From Flavobacteriales bacterium UBA5933 (lineage in GTDB: Bacteria; Bacteroidota; Bacteroidia; Flavobacteriales; Weeksellaceae), in NCBI GenBank assembly GCA_002430925.1, contig DJDD01000131.1, positions 20,935-84,934 on the forward strand: 64,000 nt of DNA, in the 5' to 3' direction. Positions 40,763-51,866 of this stretch are shown here, piece by piece (the stretch's first letter is position 1; every line of letters starts with the position of its first letter). The notes under the pieces are model-generated. The model had not been told where the DNA came from. It did no database searches and was given only the letters and a program-made list of their open reading frames with translations. The translations under genes and the position numbers were made by a program.

Positions 40763-41407
40763 TTATGAATGTTTTACAGCAACAGCTTCTAAGACGTTTG
40801 CTACGCTTTTACACTTATCTGTTGCAGATTCTAAAGAAGAAAGAACCTCTTTGTATTTGATGATGTTTTTAGCATCAGTTTCATTTTCGAAAATTTCTTG
40901 TACAGCTTTATCAAAAATACGGTCAGATTTATTTTCTAATTTATTAATGCGTTCACATATTTCGTAAATGCGATTAACATTTGTTAAATCTTTCAATTGT
41001 TCAACACCTTCACCGATTAATTGACAAGCTTCTAAATTCACAGCACTTATTTTTCTAATAGATTTTGTGATTTTTTCTACTTGGTAAATATTTATTCTAT
41101 TTGCTGCGCCATTTAAGTTATCAGCAACATAATCAATAGATTTTACTAATTGGTAAATATCTTCTCTATCAAATGGTGTGATAAAGTTTTTACTTAATTC
41201 AAGATTTGTTTTTTGAGTAAGATATTCAATTTTGCTTTCTATCTTAGAAATTTGAGCGATATAATCTTCACGTTCTTCCAATGGAGCATTTACGCATTCG
41301 TGTAATAATTCAGCTAATTTGATTAAACTTTTAGAAGCTTCCTCAAACAAAGGATAGAAAACTTTATCCTTTGGAGTAAATAATTTAAAAAAAGAGTTTA
41401 CTGACAT
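40763..41407 (-). CDS. DUF47/TIGR00153 (PhoU-like) protein paired with PiT
   Basis: All-helical, 214 aa, with the conserved position directly upstream of a PiT transporter. FTPKDKVFYPLFEE at the N-terminus. Confidence 0.75.
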   Translation of the reverse strand: MSVNSFFKLFTPKDKVFYPLFEEASKSLIKLAELLHECVNAPLEEREDYIAQISKIESKIEYLTQKTNLELSKNFITPFDREDIYQLVKSIDYVADNLNGAANRINIYQVEKITKSIRKISAVNLEACQLIGEGVEQLKDLTNVNRIYEICERINKLENKSDRIFDKAVQEIFENETDAKNIIKYKEVLSSLESATDKCKSVANVLEAVAVKHS

Positions 41408-41633
41408 TTATAAATGTTTTGTGATGCAAAAATAGATTTTTTAATGTAAAATTAATATTAAATAATGATTTAAGATTTTGTAATAAGTGATTATTTTATT
41501 CTAATCATTTTGTTTGTTGAATTCATGTTTGTTGTAGGTTAGTTATAATTTAATATTTTAAAGTTAAGCTTTAATAATTTATAAATCAATTGAAAATATA
41601 TTGATAAATATTTTTTTTTGAAAGAATTATGTG

Positions 41634-41641
41634 TATTTTTG
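41634..41641 (+). promoter_or_regulatory. Candidate -7 box (TATTTTTG) of the str operon
   Basis: TAnnTTTG 50 nt upstream of the rpsL ATG. I saw no well-spaced -33 TTTG. Confidence 0.4.
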
Positions 41642-41691
41642 CATGCCCAAAAAATGGGTTTAATCCAAATTTAAAAGGAAATTTAATTAGT

Positions 41692-42075
41692 ATGCCAACA
41701 ATTCAACAATTAGTTAGAAAAGGTAGAAAAAAACTAACCAAGAAGAGTAAATCGGCTGCATTGGAATCATGTCCACAACGCCGCGGTGTTTGTACACGTG
41801 TTTACACTACAACTCCTAAGAAACCTAACTCAGCAATGCGTAAAGTTGCTCGTGTTAGATTAACAAACGGAAAAGAAGTTAACGCGTACATCGGTGGTGA
41901 AGGTCATAATCTTCAAGAGCACTCGATAGTATTGGTTAGAGGTGGAAGAGTAAAAGACTTACCAGGTGTTCGTTACCACATCGTTCGTGGTGCATTAGAC
42001 ACAGCAGGAGTAAACGGACGTACTCAGCGTAGAAGTAAGTATGGAGCGAAACGTCCAAAAGATGCTAAAAAATAA
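41692..42075 (+). CDS. rpsL: 30S ribosomal protein S12
   Basis: [13 protein letters not shown]... The track ORF (41629) carries a spurious 21-aa N-terminal extension. Confidence 0.97.
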   Translation: MPTIQQLVRKGRKKLTKKSKSAALESCPQRRGVCTRVYTTTPKKPNSAMRKVARVRLTNGKEVNAYIGGEGHNLQEHSIVLVRGGRVKDLPGVRYHIVRGALDTAGVNGRTQRRSKYGAKRPKDAKK

Positions 42076-42087
42076 ATTTAAGGAGAA

Positions 42088-42564
42088 ATGAGAAAGACAA
42101 GAGCTAAAAAAAGACCCTTACTTCCAGATCCTAAATTTAATGATCAGTTAGTAACACGTTTCGTTAACAACTTAATGTACGATGGGAAAAAATCTGTTGC
42201 ATTCAAGATTTTTTATGATGCATTAGAAATCGTAGATTCTCGTAAAGAAGATGCGGAAAAAACATCATTAGATATCTGGAAAGAAGCATTATCAAATGTA
42301 ATGCCTCACGTAGAAGTACGTTCTCGCCGTGTAGGTGGAGCTACATTCCAAATTCCAATGGAAATCCGTCCAGACCGTAAGATTTCAACTGCTATGAAGT
42401 GGTTAATTAAATACTCTCGTAACAGAAATGAGAAATCTATGGCTCAAAAATTAGCAGGTGAAATTATTGCTGCTGCTAAAGAAGAAGGATCTGCCGTTAA
42501 AAAACGTCAAGATACTCACAAAATGGCTGAAGCAAACAAAGCATTTTCACACTTTAGATTCTAA
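42088..42564 (+). CDS. rpsG: 30S ribosomal protein S7
   Basis: [24 protein letters not shown]. Conserved position after rpsL. Confidence 0.97.
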   Translation: MRKTRAKKRPLLPDPKFNDQLVTRFVNNLMYDGKKSVAFKIFYDALEIVDSRKEDAEKTSLDIWKEALSNVMPHVEVRSRRVGGATFQIPMEIRPDRKISTAMKWLIKYSRNRNEKSMAQKLAGEIIAAAKEEGSAVKKRQDTHKMAEANKAFSHFRF

Positions 42565-42569
42565 TAGAA

Positions 42570-44693
42570 ATGGCAAGAGATTTAAAATATACAAGAAATA
42601 TTGGTATCGCAGCGCATATCGACGCTGGGAAAACTACCACTACAGAACGTATCTTATTCTATACAGGAAAGTCTCACAAAATTGGAGAAGTTCACGATGG
42701 TGCTTCTACAATGGACTGGATGGAGCAAGAGGCTGAACGTGGTATTACCATTACTTCTGCGGCTACAACTTGTACTTGGACTTTTCCAACGGAACAAGGT
42801 AAGCCATTAGCAGATGCAAAAGGATACCACTTCAATATTATTGATACTCCTGGTCACGTTGACTTTACTGTAGAGGTAAACCGTTCATTACGTGTATTAG
42901 ATGGATTAGTATTCTTATTTTCAGCAGTTGATGGTGTTGAGCCTCAATCAGAAACTAACTGGCGTTTAGCTGACAACTACAAAGTTCCACGTATGGGATT
43001 TGTTAACAAAATGGACCGTCAAGGATCTAATTTCTTAAATGTATGTCGTCAGGTAAGAGAAATGTTAGGATCTAATGCTGTTCCTATTGTATTACCTATC
43101 GGTGAAGAAGCTGATTTCAAAGGTATCGTTGATTTAATCAAAAACCGTGCGATTGTATGGCATGATGAAAACAATGGTTCTACTTTTGACGTTGTAGAAA
43201 TTCCTGCAGATTTAGTTGACGAAGTTAAACAATACAGAGCTCAATTAATCGAGGAAATCGCTGCTTATGACGAAAACTTATTAGAGAAATTCATGGAAGA
43301 TGAAAACTCTATTACAGAAGACGAAATTCATGCAGCTTTACGTGCAGCAACATTAGACATGTCTATTATCCCAATGACTTGTGGATCTTCTTTCAAAAAC
43401 AAAGGAGTTCAGTTTATGTTAGATGCTGTTTGTCGTTATTTACCTGCTCCAACAGATAAAGATGCTATTCACGGTACAGATCCAAAAACAGAAGAGCCAA
43501 TAACAAGAAAACCTTCTGCAGATGAACCATTTTCTGCATTAGCGTTTAAAATTGCTACTGACCCTTATGTAGGTCGTTTAGCATTCTTCCGTGCTTATTC
43601 TGGTCATTTAGATGCTGGATCTTACGTATTAAATACTCGTTCTGGTAACAAAGAACGTATCTCTCGTATCTTCCAAATGCATGCTGCAAAACAAGAGCCA
43701 ATCGAATTCATCGAAGCTGGAGATATTGGAGCTGCTGTAGGGTTTAAAGATATTAAAACAGGAGATACTTTATGTGATGAAAAAGCACCTATCGTTTTAG
43801 AATCTATGGACTTCCCAGACCCAGTTATTGGTATCGCGGTTGAGCCTAAAACTAAAGCTGATGTTGATAAAATGGGTATGGCTTTAGCTAAATTAGCTGA
43901 AGAAGATCCAACATTTACAGTTAGAACTGATGAAGCTTCAGGGCAAACAGTTATTTCTGGAATGGGTGAGTTACACTTAGATATCATTGTTGATCGTTTA
44001 AAGCGTGAATTCAAAGTAGAAGTTAACCAAGGAGAGCCTCAAGTAGAGTACAAAGAGTCATTCTCAAGACCAGCTGAACACCGTGAAGTTTATAAAAAAC
44101 AATCTGGTGGACGTGGTAAATTTGCTGACATTGTTTTCACAATGGGACCAGCAGATGAAGGTAAAACAGGTTTAGAATTTGAATCTATCATTAAAGGTGG
44201 TAATATTCCTAAAGAATTTATCCCTTCTATTGAAAAAGGATTTAAAGCTGCAATGAAAAACGGACCTTTAGCTGGATTCGAAATGGATTCATTAAAAGTT
44301 ACATTAAAAGATGGATCTTTCCACCCTGTGGATTCTGACCAATTATCTTTCGAGTTAGCTGCTCAAATGGGTTACAAAGCTGCTGCTAAAGCTGCTGGTG
44401 CTCAGATTTTAGAGCCTATCATGAAGTTAGAGGTTTTAACTCCAGAAGAAAACATGGGTGACATCGTAGGTGACTTGAATAGAAGACGTGGACAAGTTTC
44501 TGGAATGGAAGATAGAAATAACGCTAAAGTTATTAAAGCTATGGTTCCAATGGCTGAAATGTTCGGTTATGTAACATCGTTACGTACATTATCTTCTGGT
44601 CGTGCTACATCTACAATGGAATTCGATCATTATGCTCCAGCGCCATCAAACGTGTCTGAAGCTGTAATCGCTAAAGCAAAAGGTAACGCTTAA
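42570..44693 (+). CDS. fusA: Elongation factor G
   Basis: [33 protein letters not shown]. 707 aa. Confidence 0.98.
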   Translation: MARDLKYTRNIGIAAHIDAGKTTTTERILFYTGKSHKIGEVHDGASTMDWMEQEAERGITITSAATTCTWTFPTEQGKPLADAKGYHFNIIDTPGHVDFTVEVNRSLRVLDGLVFLFSAVDGVEPQSETNWRLADNYKVPRMGFVNKMDRQGSNFLNVCRQVREMLGSNAVPIVLPIGEEADFKGIVDLIKNRAIVWHDENNGSTFDVVEIPADLVDEVKQYRAQLIEEIAAYDENLLEKFMEDENSITEDEIHAALRAATLDMSIIPMTCGSSFKNKGVQFMLDAVCRYLPAPTDKDAIHGTDPKTEEPITRKPSADEPFSALAFKIATDPYVGRLAFFRAYSGHLDAGSYVLNTRSGNKERISRIFQMHAAKQEPIEFIEAGDIGAAVGFKDIKTGDTLCDEKAPIVLESMDFPDPVIGIAVEPKTKADVDKMGMALAKLAEEDPTFTVRTDEASGQTVISGMGELHLDIIVDRLKREFKVEVNQGEPQVEYKESFSRPAEHREVYKKQSGGRGKFADIVFTMGPADEGKTGLEFESIIKGGNIPKEFIPSIEKGFKAAMKNGPLAGFEMDSLKVTLKDGSFHPVDSDQLSFELAAQMGYKAAAKAAGAQILEPIMKLEVLTPEENMGDIVGDLNRRRGQVSGMEDRNNAKVIKAMVPMAEMFGYVTSLRTLSSGRATSTMEFDHYAPAPSNVSEAVIAKAKGNA

Positions 44694-44703
44694 TTCAAGA
44701 AAA

Positions 44704-45009
44704 ATGAGTCAAAAAATTAGAATAAAATTAAAATCTTACGATTATAATTTAGTTGATAAATCAGCTGAAAAAATCGTAAAAACTGTTAAAGCTACAGGTG
44801 CTGTTGTAAATGGGCCTATTCCATTACCAACTCACAAAAGAATCTTTACGGTTTTAAGATCTCCACACGTTAACAAAAAATCTCGTGAGCAATTTCAATT
44901 ATCTGCACACAAAAGATTGTTAGATATTTATTCTTCTTCATCTAAAACAGTTGATGCTTTAATGAAGTTAGAATTACCTAGTGGTGTTGAAGTAGAAATT
45001 AAAGTGTAG
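44704..45009 (+). CDS. rpsJ: 30S ribosomal protein S10
   Basis: [25 protein letters not shown]...[13 protein letters not shown]. Confidence 0.97.
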   Translation: MSQKIRIKLKSYDYNLVDKSAEKIVKTVKATGAVVNGPIPLPTHKRIFTVLRSPHVNKKSREQFQLSAHKRLLDIYSSSSKTVDALMKLELPSGVEVEIKV

Positions 45010-45034
45010 TTATAGAACACTTTAAATAAATATA

Positions 45035-45067
45035 AACCTCGAGACGTGCACATCTCGAGGTTTTTTT
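45035..45067 (+). terminator. Rho-independent terminator after rpsJ
   Basis: AACCTCGAGA-cgtgcaca-TCTCGAGGTT followed by further T residues. Confidence 0.75.
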
Positions 45068-45140
45068 ATAAAGATGTTTAGAATTTTTTATCCATTAATT
45101 TTTAATAATTATAATCTTTTGAAAAATAATTCATTGAAAA

Positions 45141-45171
45141 TTTGTGGTTTATAAAATAATTCTTACATTTG
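45141..45171 (+). promoter_or_regulatory. Candidate promoter for rplC and downstream genes (-33 TTTG, 19-nt spacer, -7 TACATTTG)
   Basis: TTTG at 45141-45144 and TACATTTG at 45164-45171. This fits the Bacteroidota TTTG-N19-21-TAnnTTTG consensus. Confidence 0.55.
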
Positions 45172-45256
45172 CATGCTAATTTTAGAGAAGGTCTCTAGTG
45201 GTCTAATCGCCACATTCTCTGAAATATTAAACAAATTATTAACATATTTTAATCAA

Positions 45257-45886
45257 ATGTCAGGTATCATTGGTAAAAAAATCGCGATGACTAGCTTGTT
45301 CGATGAGAATGGGAAAAATATTCCTGTTACTATCGTTGAAGCAGGACCATGTGTGGTTACTCAAGTCAGAACCTTAGAGAAAGATGGGTACGTTGCTGCT
45401 CAACTTGGTTTCGATGACGCAAAAGAAAAAAACACGACTAATGCTTTAAAAGGTCACTTTAAAAAAGCAGGGTCAACTCCTAAAAGAAAATTAGTTGAGT
45501 TTTACGGAGAAGAATTCGTAAAATCATTAAACTTAGGAGACGAAGTGAACGTTGAATTATTCGGCGAAAATGAGTTTGTAAGTATCACAGGTACTTCTAA
45601 AGGAAAAGGTTTCCAAGGTGTAGTTAAACGTCATGGTTTCGGTGGGGTAGGTCAAGCTACACACGGTCAACATAACCGTTTAAGAGCTCCAGGTTCTATC
45701 GGTGCTGGTTCAGATCCATCTCGTGTATTCAAAGGAATGCGTATGGCTGGAAGAATGGGTGGTAAACAAGTTACTGTTCAGAACTTAAAAGTACTTAAAG
45801 TTGATGCTGAGAAAAACCTTTTAATCGTGAAAGGTGCTATCCCAGGTCCTAAAAATTCATACGTAATCGTTAGAAGATGGAAGTAG
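45257..45886 (+). CDS. rplC: 50S ribosomal protein L3
   Basis: [17 protein letters not shown]... The track ORF (45173) has a spurious 28-aa extension that covers the leader. Confidence 0.97.
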   Translation: MSGIIGKKIAMTSLFDENGKNIPVTIVEAGPCVVTQVRTLEKDGYVAAQLGFDDAKEKNTTNALKGHFKKAGSTPKRKLVEFYGEEFVKSLNLGDEVNVELFGENEFVSITGTSKGKGFQGVVKRHGFGGVGQATHGQHNRLRAPGSIGAGSDPSRVFKGMRMAGRMGGKQVTVQNLKVLKVDAEKNLLIVKGAIPGPKNSYVIVRRWK

Positions 45887-46506
45887 TAGTATTAAACATC
45901 AAAGGTCAAGAAACTGGAAGAACAGTATCTTTAGACGAAGCAGTTTTTGGAATTGAGCCATCTACACATACAGTGTATTTAGAAGTTAAACAATATTTAG
46001 CTGCTCAACGCCAAGGAACACATAAAGCAAAAGAAAGAGCTGAGATTGCGGGATCTACTCGTAAAATCAAAAAGCAAAAAGGAACTGGTACAGCTCGTGC
46101 AGGTTCTATCAAATCTCCTGTATTTAGAGGTGGAGGTAGAGTATTTGGACCACGTCCAAGAAACTACTCTTTCAAAATCAATAAGACACAAAAGAGATTA
46201 GCTAAGAAATCAGTTTTATCACAAAAGTTAGCTGAAAACGAAATTAAAGTTGTTGAAAACTTTACATTTGAAGCTCCAAGAACAAAAGAGTTTAAAACAG
46301 TATTAAACGACTTAGGTTTAGAAAATACTAAAACTTTATTTGTATTGGGTGAATCTAATAACAATGTATATTTATCATCTCGTAACTTACAAAAAACTAA
46401 AGTTGTAACTACATCTGAGTTGAATATATATGATTTAATTAATGCTTCTCAAATTGTATTTTTAGAAGGTTCTTTAGCAACTGTTCAAGAAAATTTAACA
46501 AAATAA
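45877..46506 (+). CDS. rplD: 50S ribosomal protein L4
   Basis: Conserved order. [30 protein letters not shown]. Confidence 0.97.
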   Translation: MEVVVLNIKGQETGRTVSLDEAVFGIEPSTHTVYLEVKQYLAAQRQGTHKAKERAEIAGSTRKIKKQKGTGTARAGSIKSPVFRGGGRVFGPRPRNYSFKINKTQKRLAKKSVLSQKLAENEIKVVENFTFEAPRTKEFKTVLNDLGLENTKTLFVLGESNNNVYLSSRNLQKTKVVTTSELNIYDLINASQIVFLEGSLATVQENLTK

Positions 46507-46513
46507 GACGAAA

Positions 46514-46798
46514 ATGGGAATCATAATTAAACCAGTAATTTCAGAAAAAGCAACTAGTAACAGTGAGTTATTAGGGCAATATTCGTTTTATGTAGATACT
46601 AAAGCAAACAAATTACAAATTAAAGAAGCTGTAGAAAAAACTTATGGTGTTTCTGTAGTTTCTGTTAGTACTTTAGTTTCTGCTCCAAGAGTAAAAACTC
46701 GTTACACAAAAACAGGTTTTCAAACTGGAAAAACAAATAAATTGAAAAAAGCGATCGTTAGCTTAGCTGAAGGTCAAGAAATAGAGTTGTTCGGATAA
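46514..46798 (+). CDS. rplW: 50S ribosomal protein L23
   Basis: IIKPVISEKAT... Conserved order. Confidence 0.95.
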   Translation: MGIIIKPVISEKATSNSELLGQYSFYVDTKANKLQIKEAVEKTYGVSVVSVSTLVSAPRVKTRYTKTGFQTGKTNKLKKAIVSLAEGQEIELFG

Positions 46799-46813
46799 TT
46801 TAAGAATTAAAAA

Positions 46814-47638
46814 ATGTCAGTAAGAAAATTAAAACCTATCACCCCAGGACAACGTTTTAGAGTGGTAAATGAATTTGCGGCAGTAGACAAAAAAGCTAAG
46901 CCAGAAAAGACATTACTAGAAGGAAAATCTAAATCGGGTGGACGTAACAACACTGGTAAAATGACAATGCGTTATATCGGTGGTGGACACAAACAAAAAT
47001 ACCGTATTATCGATTTCAAAAGAGATAAAGAAGGTGCTGCAACTGTAGAATCAATTCAATATGATCCAAACAGAACTGCATTTATCGCTTTATTATCTTA
47101 CGAAGATGGTGAAAAACGTTATATAATTGCTCAAAACGGTTTAAAAGCAGGACAAGTTATTGTTTCAGCTGATAATGCAGAACCAGAAGTAGGTAATGCT
47201 ATGAAGCTTAAAAATATCCCATTAGGTACAGTAATTTCTTGTATAGAATTACGTCCAGGGCAAGGAGCTGTTATGGCAAGAAGTGCAGGTACTTATGCTC
47301 AATTAGTAGCACGTGATGGTAAATATGCTATCGTTAAGTTACCAAGTGGTGAATCAAGAATGATTTTAGTGGAGTGTAAAGCAACAGTAGGTGTTGTTTC
47401 TAACACAGATCATCAGTTAGAAGTTTCTGGTAAAGCAGGTCGTTCTAGATGGCAAGGTCGTCGTCCAAGAACTCGTGCAATGGTTATGAACCCTGTAGAT
47501 CACCCAATGGGTGGTGGTGAAGGTCGTGCGACAGGAGGTATCCCTCGTTCTCGTAACGGTATTCCAGCTAAAGGTTACAAAACTCGTGACAAGAAAAAAG
47601 CGTCTAACAAATATATTGTTGAAAGAAGAAAAAAATAA
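46814..47638 (+). CDS. rplB: 50S ribosomal protein L2
   Basis: [15 protein letters not shown]...[13 protein letters not shown]. Confidence 0.98.
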   Translation: MSVRKLKPITPGQRFRVVNEFAAVDKKAKPEKTLLEGKSKSGGRNNTGKMTMRYIGGGHKQKYRIIDFKRDKEGAATVESIQYDPNRTAFIALLSYEDGEKRYIIAQNGLKAGQVIVSADNAEPEVGNAMKLKNIPLGTVISCIELRPGQGAVMARSAGTYAQLVARDGKYAIVKLPSGESRMILVECKATVGVVSNTDHQLEVSGKAGRSRWQGRRPRTRAMVMNPVDHPMGGGEGRATGGIPRSRNGIPAKGYKTRDKKKASNKYIVERRKK

Positions 47639-47641
47639 TTT

Positions 47642-47920
47642 ATGGCACGTTCATTAAAAAAAGGACCATTCATCCACTATAAATTAGAAAAGAAAGTTCT
47701 TGCTAATGTTGAATCAGGAAGCAAAAACGTGATCAAAACTTGGTCAAGAGCATCAATGATCTCTCCTGACTTCGTTGGTCAGACTATCGCAGTTCACAAT
47801 GGGAAACAATTTATTCCTGTATATGTAACTGAGAATATGGTAGGTCATAAATTAGGTGAGTTCGCTCCTACACGTACTTTTAGAGGTCATGCCGGAGCTA
47901 AAAACAAAGGAAAAAAATAG
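47642..47920 (+). CDS. rpsS: 30S ribosomal protein S19
   Basis: [15 protein letters not shown]...[26 protein letters not shown]. Confidence 0.98.
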   Translation: MARSLKKGPFIHYKLEKKVLANVESGSKNVIKTWSRASMISPDFVGQTIAVHNGKQFIPVYVTENMVGHKLGEFAPTRTFRGHAGAKNKGKK

Positions 47921-47929
47921 TAGAAGGCC

Positions 47930-48346
47930 ATGGGATCTAGAAAAAGATTAAGTAACGAAAGAATCAAAGAAGCTAACAAGCAGGTAGCTTTCGCGAAATT
48001 AAATAATGTTCCTACTTCTCCTCGTAAAATGAGATTGGTAGTTGATATCATCCGTGGAGTTGAGATTCAAAAAGCTTTAGGTATATTAAAATATACTAAA
48101 AATCATGCATCAATTCGTTTAGAAAAATTGTTATTAAGCGCTATCGCTAACTGGCAAGTTAAAAACGAAGGAGCTGACGTAGAAGAAGCTGGGTTATATG
48201 TAAAAGAAGTATCTGTTGATAGTGCGCGTCAATTAAAAAGAATTCGTACTGCACCTCAAGGTAGAGCACATAGAATCAGAAAACGTTCAAACCATGTAAC
48301 TTTGGTTTTAGGAACTAAAGAAGATAAACAAAAAGTACAAGATTAA
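47930..48346 (+). CDS. rplV: 50S ribosomal protein L22
   Basis: [14 protein letters not shown]. Conserved order. Confidence 0.95.
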   Translation: MGSRKRLSNERIKEANKQVAFAKLNNVPTSPRKMRLVVDIIRGVEIQKALGILKYTKNHASIRLEKLLLSAIANWQVKNEGADVEEAGLYVKEVSVDSARQLKRIRTAPQGRAHRIRKRSNHVTLVLGTKEDKQKVQD

Positions 48347-48350
48347 GAAT

Positions 48351-49070
48351 ATGGGACAAAAAACTAATCCAATCGGAAATCGTTTAGGAATCATCAGAGG
48401 ATGGGATTCTAACTGGTACGGTGGAAATGATTACGGTGATAAAATTGCTGAAGATGCGAAAATTCGTACTTACTTAAGAGCTCGTTTATCTAAAGCCGGA
48501 GTTTCTCGTATTTACATCGATCGTACTTTAAAATTAGTTACAGTAACTGTAACTACTGCTCGTCCAGGTATCATTATTGGTAAAGGTGGACAAGAAGTTG
48601 ATAAATTAAAAGAAGAGTTAAAGAAAATCACTGGTAAAGAGGTTCAAATTAACATCTTCGAAATTAAGAGACCAGAATTAGATGCAATCTTAGTAGGTGA
48701 TAGTATCGCTCGTCAAATTGAGAATCGTATTTCTTACCGTCGTGCTGTAAAAATGGCTATAACATCTGCAATGAGAATGAACGCAGAAGGAATTAAAGTT
48801 CAAATCTCTGGTCGTTTAAACGGTGCAGAGATGGCACGTTCAGAAACTTACAAAGATGGACGTATTCCTTTGTCTACATTCCGTGCAGACATTGATTACC
48901 ACATTTCAGAAGCTCATACAACTTACGGTCGTTTAGGGATCAAAGTATGGATCATGAAAGGTGAGGTATATGGTAAGAGAGAATTATCTCCTTTAGTTGG
49001 ATTACAAAAGAAACAAAAGAAATCTGACAACAGAAAAGGGGGTGAAAGATCTAATAATAGAAAGCGATAA
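48351..49070 (+). CDS. rpsC: 30S ribosomal protein S3
   Basis: [23 protein letters not shown]... KH domain. Confidence 0.98.
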   Translation: MGQKTNPIGNRLGIIRGWDSNWYGGNDYGDKIAEDAKIRTYLRARLSKAGVSRIYIDRTLKLVTVTVTTARPGIIIGKGGQEVDKLKEELKKITGKEVQINIFEIKRPELDAILVGDSIARQIENRISYRRAVKMAITSAMRMNAEGIKVQISGRLNGAEMARSETYKDGRIPLSTFRADIDYHISEAHTTYGRLGIKVWIMKGEVYGKRELSPLVGLQKKQKKSDNRKGGERSNNRKR

Positions 49071-49106
49071 TTTAGTTTAACAACTAACATAAAGAATTAA
49101 GTAGAT

Positions 49107-49526
49107 ATGTTATCACCGAGAAGAGTAAAATTTAGAAAAACCCAAAAAGGTAAGATGAAAGGTGTTTCTCACAGAGGAACTCAATTAGCTTACGGGACTT
49201 TCGGGATCAAATCTTTAGACGAAGCGTTTATTACAGCTCGTCAAATCGAGGCAGCTCGTATTGCTGCAACTCGTTGTATGAAGAGAGAAGGTCAATTATG
49301 GATTAAAATATTTCCAGATAAACCAATTACTAAGAAACCAGCAGAGGTACGTATGGGTAAAGGTAAAGGTGCTCCAGAATACTGGGTTGCTCCTGTACAA
49401 CCAGGTCGTATCTTATTCGAAGTAGGAGGTGTGCCATTAGAGGTTGCAACTGAAGCATTGCGTTTAGCAGCTCAGAAATTACCTGTTAAGACTAAGTTTA
49501 TCGTTGCACGTGATTTCCAAAATTAA
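49107..49526 (+). CDS. rplP: 50S ribosomal protein L16
   Basis: [19 protein letters not shown]...[15 protein letters not shown]. Confidence 0.98.
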   Translation: MLSPRRVKFRKTQKGKMKGVSHRGTQLAYGTFGIKSLDEAFITARQIEAARIAATRCMKREGQLWIKIFPDKPITKKPAEVRMGKGKGAPEYWVAPVQPGRILFEVGGVPLEVATEALRLAAQKLPVKTKFIVARDFQN

Positions 49527-49550
49527 TTATTTTCAAAAAATTAAGAAAAA

Positions 49551-49739
49551 ATGAAAGCAGCAGATATTAGAAATCTAAGTGTTGAGGAGTTACAAGCTAA
49601 AATAGCTGAAGAACAAGCAAATTACGATCAATTAAAATTGACTAATGCAGTTTCTCCTGTAGCAAATCCAATCGGTATTAGAGACTTACGTAGAACAATT
49701 GCTCGTTTGAATACCGTATTAAACGAAAAACAATCATAA
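49551..49739 (+). CDS. rpmC: 50S ribosomal protein L29
   Basis: 62 aa. Matches the LxxELxxLRF-type helical pattern. Conserved order. Confidence 0.93.
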   Translation: MKAADIRNLSVEELQAKIAEEQANYDQLKLTNAVSPVANPIGIRDLRRTIARLNTVLNEKQS

Positions 49740-49755
49740 CAGTAATCTGTAACTG

Positions 49756-50010
49756 ATGGAAAGAAAATTAAGAAAAGAAAGAGTTGGTTTAGTTACTTCA
49801 AACAAAATGGAAAAAACCATTGTTGTAGCTGAAACTAAGAAACAAAAGCACCCATTCTATGGGAAATTCGTTTTAAAAACGAAGAAATATACAGCGCACG
49901 ACGAAAATAATGAGTGTAACGAAGGTGACACTGTGCGTATCATGGAAACTCGTCCTTTGTCTAAAAACAAAAGATGGAGATTAGTAGAAATTATTGAAAG
50001 AGCTAAATAA
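49756..50010 (+). CDS. rpsQ: 30S ribosomal protein S17
   Basis: [16 protein letters not shown]...[30 protein letters not shown]. Confidence 0.96.
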   Translation: MERKLRKERVGLVTSNKMEKTIVVAETKKQKHPFYGKFVLKTKKYTAHDENNECNEGDTVRIMETRPLSKNKRWRLVEIIERAK

Positions 50011-50018
50011 TATAAGTT

Positions 50019-50387
50019 ATGTTACAACAAGAATCTAGATTAAAAGTTGCAGATAACACAGGAGCTCGTGAAGCATTAGTAATCCGCGTTTTAGGTGGTA
50101 CTAAAAGAAGATACGCATCAGTAGGTGACAAAATCGTTGTTGCGATTAAAGAAGCTACACCTTCAGGAAACGTTAAAAAAGGTGCTGTATCAAAAGCTGT
50201 TGTAGTTAGAACTAAAAAAGAAGTTCGTAGAAAAGACGGTTCATATATCCGTTTCGACGATAATGCATGTGTATTATTGAACACTCAAGGAGAAATGCGT
50301 GGAACTCGTGTATTCGGTCCAGTTGCTCGTGAGTTACGTGATAAAGAATATATGAAAATTGTATCATTAGCCCCAGAGGTATTATAA
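50019..50387 (+). CDS. rplN: 50S ribosomal protein L14
   Basis: [27 protein letters not shown]. Confidence 0.98.
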   Translation: MLQQESRLKVADNTGAREALVIRVLGGTKRRYASVGDKIVVAIKEATPSGNVKKGAVSKAVVVRTKKEVRRKDGSYIRFDDNACVLLNTQGEMRGTRVFGPVARELRDKEYMKIVSLAPEVL

Positions 50388-50396
50388 TATAACAAC

Positions 50397-50711
50397 ATGG
50401 CAAAGTTAAAAATTAAAAAAGGAGACAAAGTAGTCGTTTTATCAGGTTCTTCAAAAGGACAAACTGGTACTGTATTACGCGTATTCCCTGACAAAGCTAA
50501 AGCTATCGTTGAAGGGGTTAATATCGCAAAAAAACGTATAAAGCCAAGCGCACAAAATCCACAAGGTGGAGTTGTAGAAAAAGAAGCTCAAATCTATTTA
50601 TGTAAATTGGCTTTAGTAGATCCTGAAACTGGAAAAGCAACGAAAGTAGCTATCAAAGAAGAAGGAGGGAAAAAAGTAAGAATTGCTAAAAAATCAGGTA
50701 AAGCTATTTAA
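50397..50711 (+). CDS. rplX: 50S ribosomal protein L24
   Basis: [20 protein letters not shown] (KOW motif). Confidence 0.96.
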   Translation: MAKLKIKKGDKVVVLSGSSKGQTGTVLRVFPDKAKAIVEGVNIAKKRIKPSAQNPQGGVVEKEAQIYLCKLALVDPETGKATKVAIKEEGGKKVRIAKKSGKAI

Positions 50712-50713
50712 GA

Positions 50714-51277
50714 ATGAGTACAACTACATACACACCTCGTCCGCAGGTTAAATATAAAGAAGAGATTGTAGCTGCTCTTAAAGAAGAGTTCGCTTACAAA
50801 TCTATTATGCAAGTTCCTAAATTAGAGAAAATCGTTTTATCTCAAGGTTTAGGTGCTGCTACAGCTGATAAAAAAATCGTTGATTACGCTATCGAAGAGT
50901 TAGAATTAATCACAGGTCAAAAAGCAGTAGCTACTATTTCTAAGAAAGATGAAGCAGCTTTCAAATTACGTAAAGGTATGCCAATTGGTGCTAAAGTTAC
51001 TTTACGTGGTGAGAAAATGTACGAATTCTTAGATCGTTTAGTATCTTCTGCATTACCACGTGTACGTGATTTTAACGGAATTTCTTCTACAGGTTTCGAC
51101 GGTAGAGGTAACTATAACTTAGGTGTTAAAGAACAAATTATCTTCCCTGAAATTAATATTGATAGAATCAAAAAAATTCAAGGTTTAGATATTACTTTTG
51201 TAACATCTGCGAATACTGATAAAGAAGCGAAAGCTTTATTATCTAAATTTGGATTACCATTTACTAAAGAAAAATAA
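50714..51277 (+). CDS. rplE: 50S ribosomal protein L5
   Basis: [14 protein letters not shown]...RDFNGIS...[20 protein letters not shown]. Confidence 0.98.
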   Translation: MSTTTYTPRPQVKYKEEIVAALKEEFAYKSIMQVPKLEKIVLSQGLGAATADKKIVDYAIEELELITGQKAVATISKKDEAAFKLRKGMPIGAKVTLRGEKMYEFLDRLVSSALPRVRDFNGISSTGFDGRGNYNLGVKEQIIFPEINIDRIKKIQGLDITFVTSANTDKEAKALLSKFGLPFTKEK

Positions 51278-51283
51278 GAAGTC

Positions 51284-51553
51284 ATGGCTAAAGAATCAAT
51301 GAAAGCGCGTGAGCGCAAAAGAGAAGCATTAGTTGCTAAGTATGCTGCGAAAAGAACTGCTTTATTAGAAGCTGGTGATTACGAAGCATTACAAAAATTA
51401 CCTAAAAACGCTTCTCCTGTACGTTTACACAACCGTTGTAAATTAACAGGTCGTCCAAGAGGATACATGAGAACTTTCGGGATCTCTCGTGTAACTTTCC
51501 GTGAAATGGCGAACGAAGGGTTAATCCCAGGTGTTAAAAAAGCTTCTTGGTAA
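51284..51553 (+). CDS. rpsN: 30S ribosomal protein S14 (long form of 89 aa, no CxxC pairs)
   Basis: [20 protein letters not shown]...[24 protein letters not shown]. Confidence 0.97.
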   Translation: MAKESMKARERKREALVAKYAAKRTALLEAGDYEALQKLPKNASPVRLHNRCKLTGRPRGYMRTFGISRVTFREMANEGLIPGVKKASW

Positions 51554-51581
51554 TATTTTATCAATAAGTTATTAAATATAA

Positions 51582-51613
51582 AATCCCTTGCGCATGCGTA
51601 AGGGATTTTTTTA
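51582..51613 (+). terminator. Rho-independent terminator inside the spc cluster, after rpsN
   Basis: AATCCCTT-gcgcatgcgt-AAGGGATT followed by further T residues. Confidence 0.7.
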
Positions 51614-51637
51614 TTTTTAAATACAACTATATTTTTA

Positions 51638-51714
51638 GGGCAATACCTTCGGCCCGCGCTTTACATTCCAATCTTTTTCTCTGGAAAAAGGATTTCCACT
51701 CCAATCGCTATTGC
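51638..51714 (+). repeat. Dispersed structured intergenic element, copy e (shortest, 6-nt centre)
   Basis: GGGCAAT-ACCTTCGGC-CCGCGCTTTACATTCCAATCTTTTT-CTCTGG-AAAAAGGATTTCCACTCCAATCGCTATTGC. Confidence 0.85.
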
Positions 51715-51756
51715 AGTAGAATAAAACGGTTTAAATAAAATAAATTTCATTAATAG

Positions 51757-51786
51757 TTTGTAATTAAAAAATATACCATATATTTG
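51757..51786 (+). promoter_or_regulatory. Candidate promoter for rpsH and downstream genes (-33 TTTG, 18-nt spacer, -7 TATATTTG)
   Basis: TTTG at 51757-51760 and TATATTTG at 51779-51786. Followed by the leader hairpin AAATGCA-tag-TGCATTT at 51793-51809. Confidence 0.5.
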
Positions 51787-51866
51787 CAACCCAAATGCAT
51801 AGTGCATTTAGATTAAAAGTTTAATTTTAAAAGTAGTGTTTTAGCGCTATACTATAGAATTATATT

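Noticed and set aside
41629-41691. N-terminal extensions in the track ORFs for rpsL (41629), rplC (45173), the MBL protein (1327), the TPR protein (28953), lolD (1713) and the LbH acetyltransferase (14641).
   Set aside because: The conserved protein N-termini, signal peptides or promoter positions indicate the internal starts. The extensions cover promoter or leader sequence.
43622-44014. A 130-aa minus-strand ORF inside fusA. The track holds many similar antisense or out-of-frame ORFs: 795..989, 3042..3329, 4127..4381, 4828..5037, 5325..5528, 8889..9089, 10034..10309, 14907..15104, 25671..25922, 26546..26770, 29081..29269, 31039..31236, 32644..32859, 34172..34366, 34957..35145, 37613..37816, 38115..38375, 38935..39168, 40454..40696, 42458..42736, 42601..42810, 45997..46191, 46164..46364, 51379..51564, 52281..52514, 56029..56229, 56313..56498, 56913..57266, 57683..57934, 58430..58660, 59046..59249 and 60956..61156.
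   Set aside because: Almost all lie wholly inside strongly supported genes, on the opposite strand or in another frame. The few that run past a gene end (e.g. 3042..3329, 4127..4381, 34957..35145, 59046..59249) reach only into short intergenic spacers or across a gene junction. They have low-complexity or odd composition and no recognisable motifs. They are shadow ORFs of the kind expected in long conserved coding regions.
50003-50494. Three stacked minus-strand ORFs (50003..50284, 50212..50403, 50285..50494) opposite rplN and rplX.
   Set aside because: They are antisense to universally conserved ribosomal protein genes and have no start context or motifs. They are artefacts of the codon bias on the coding strand.
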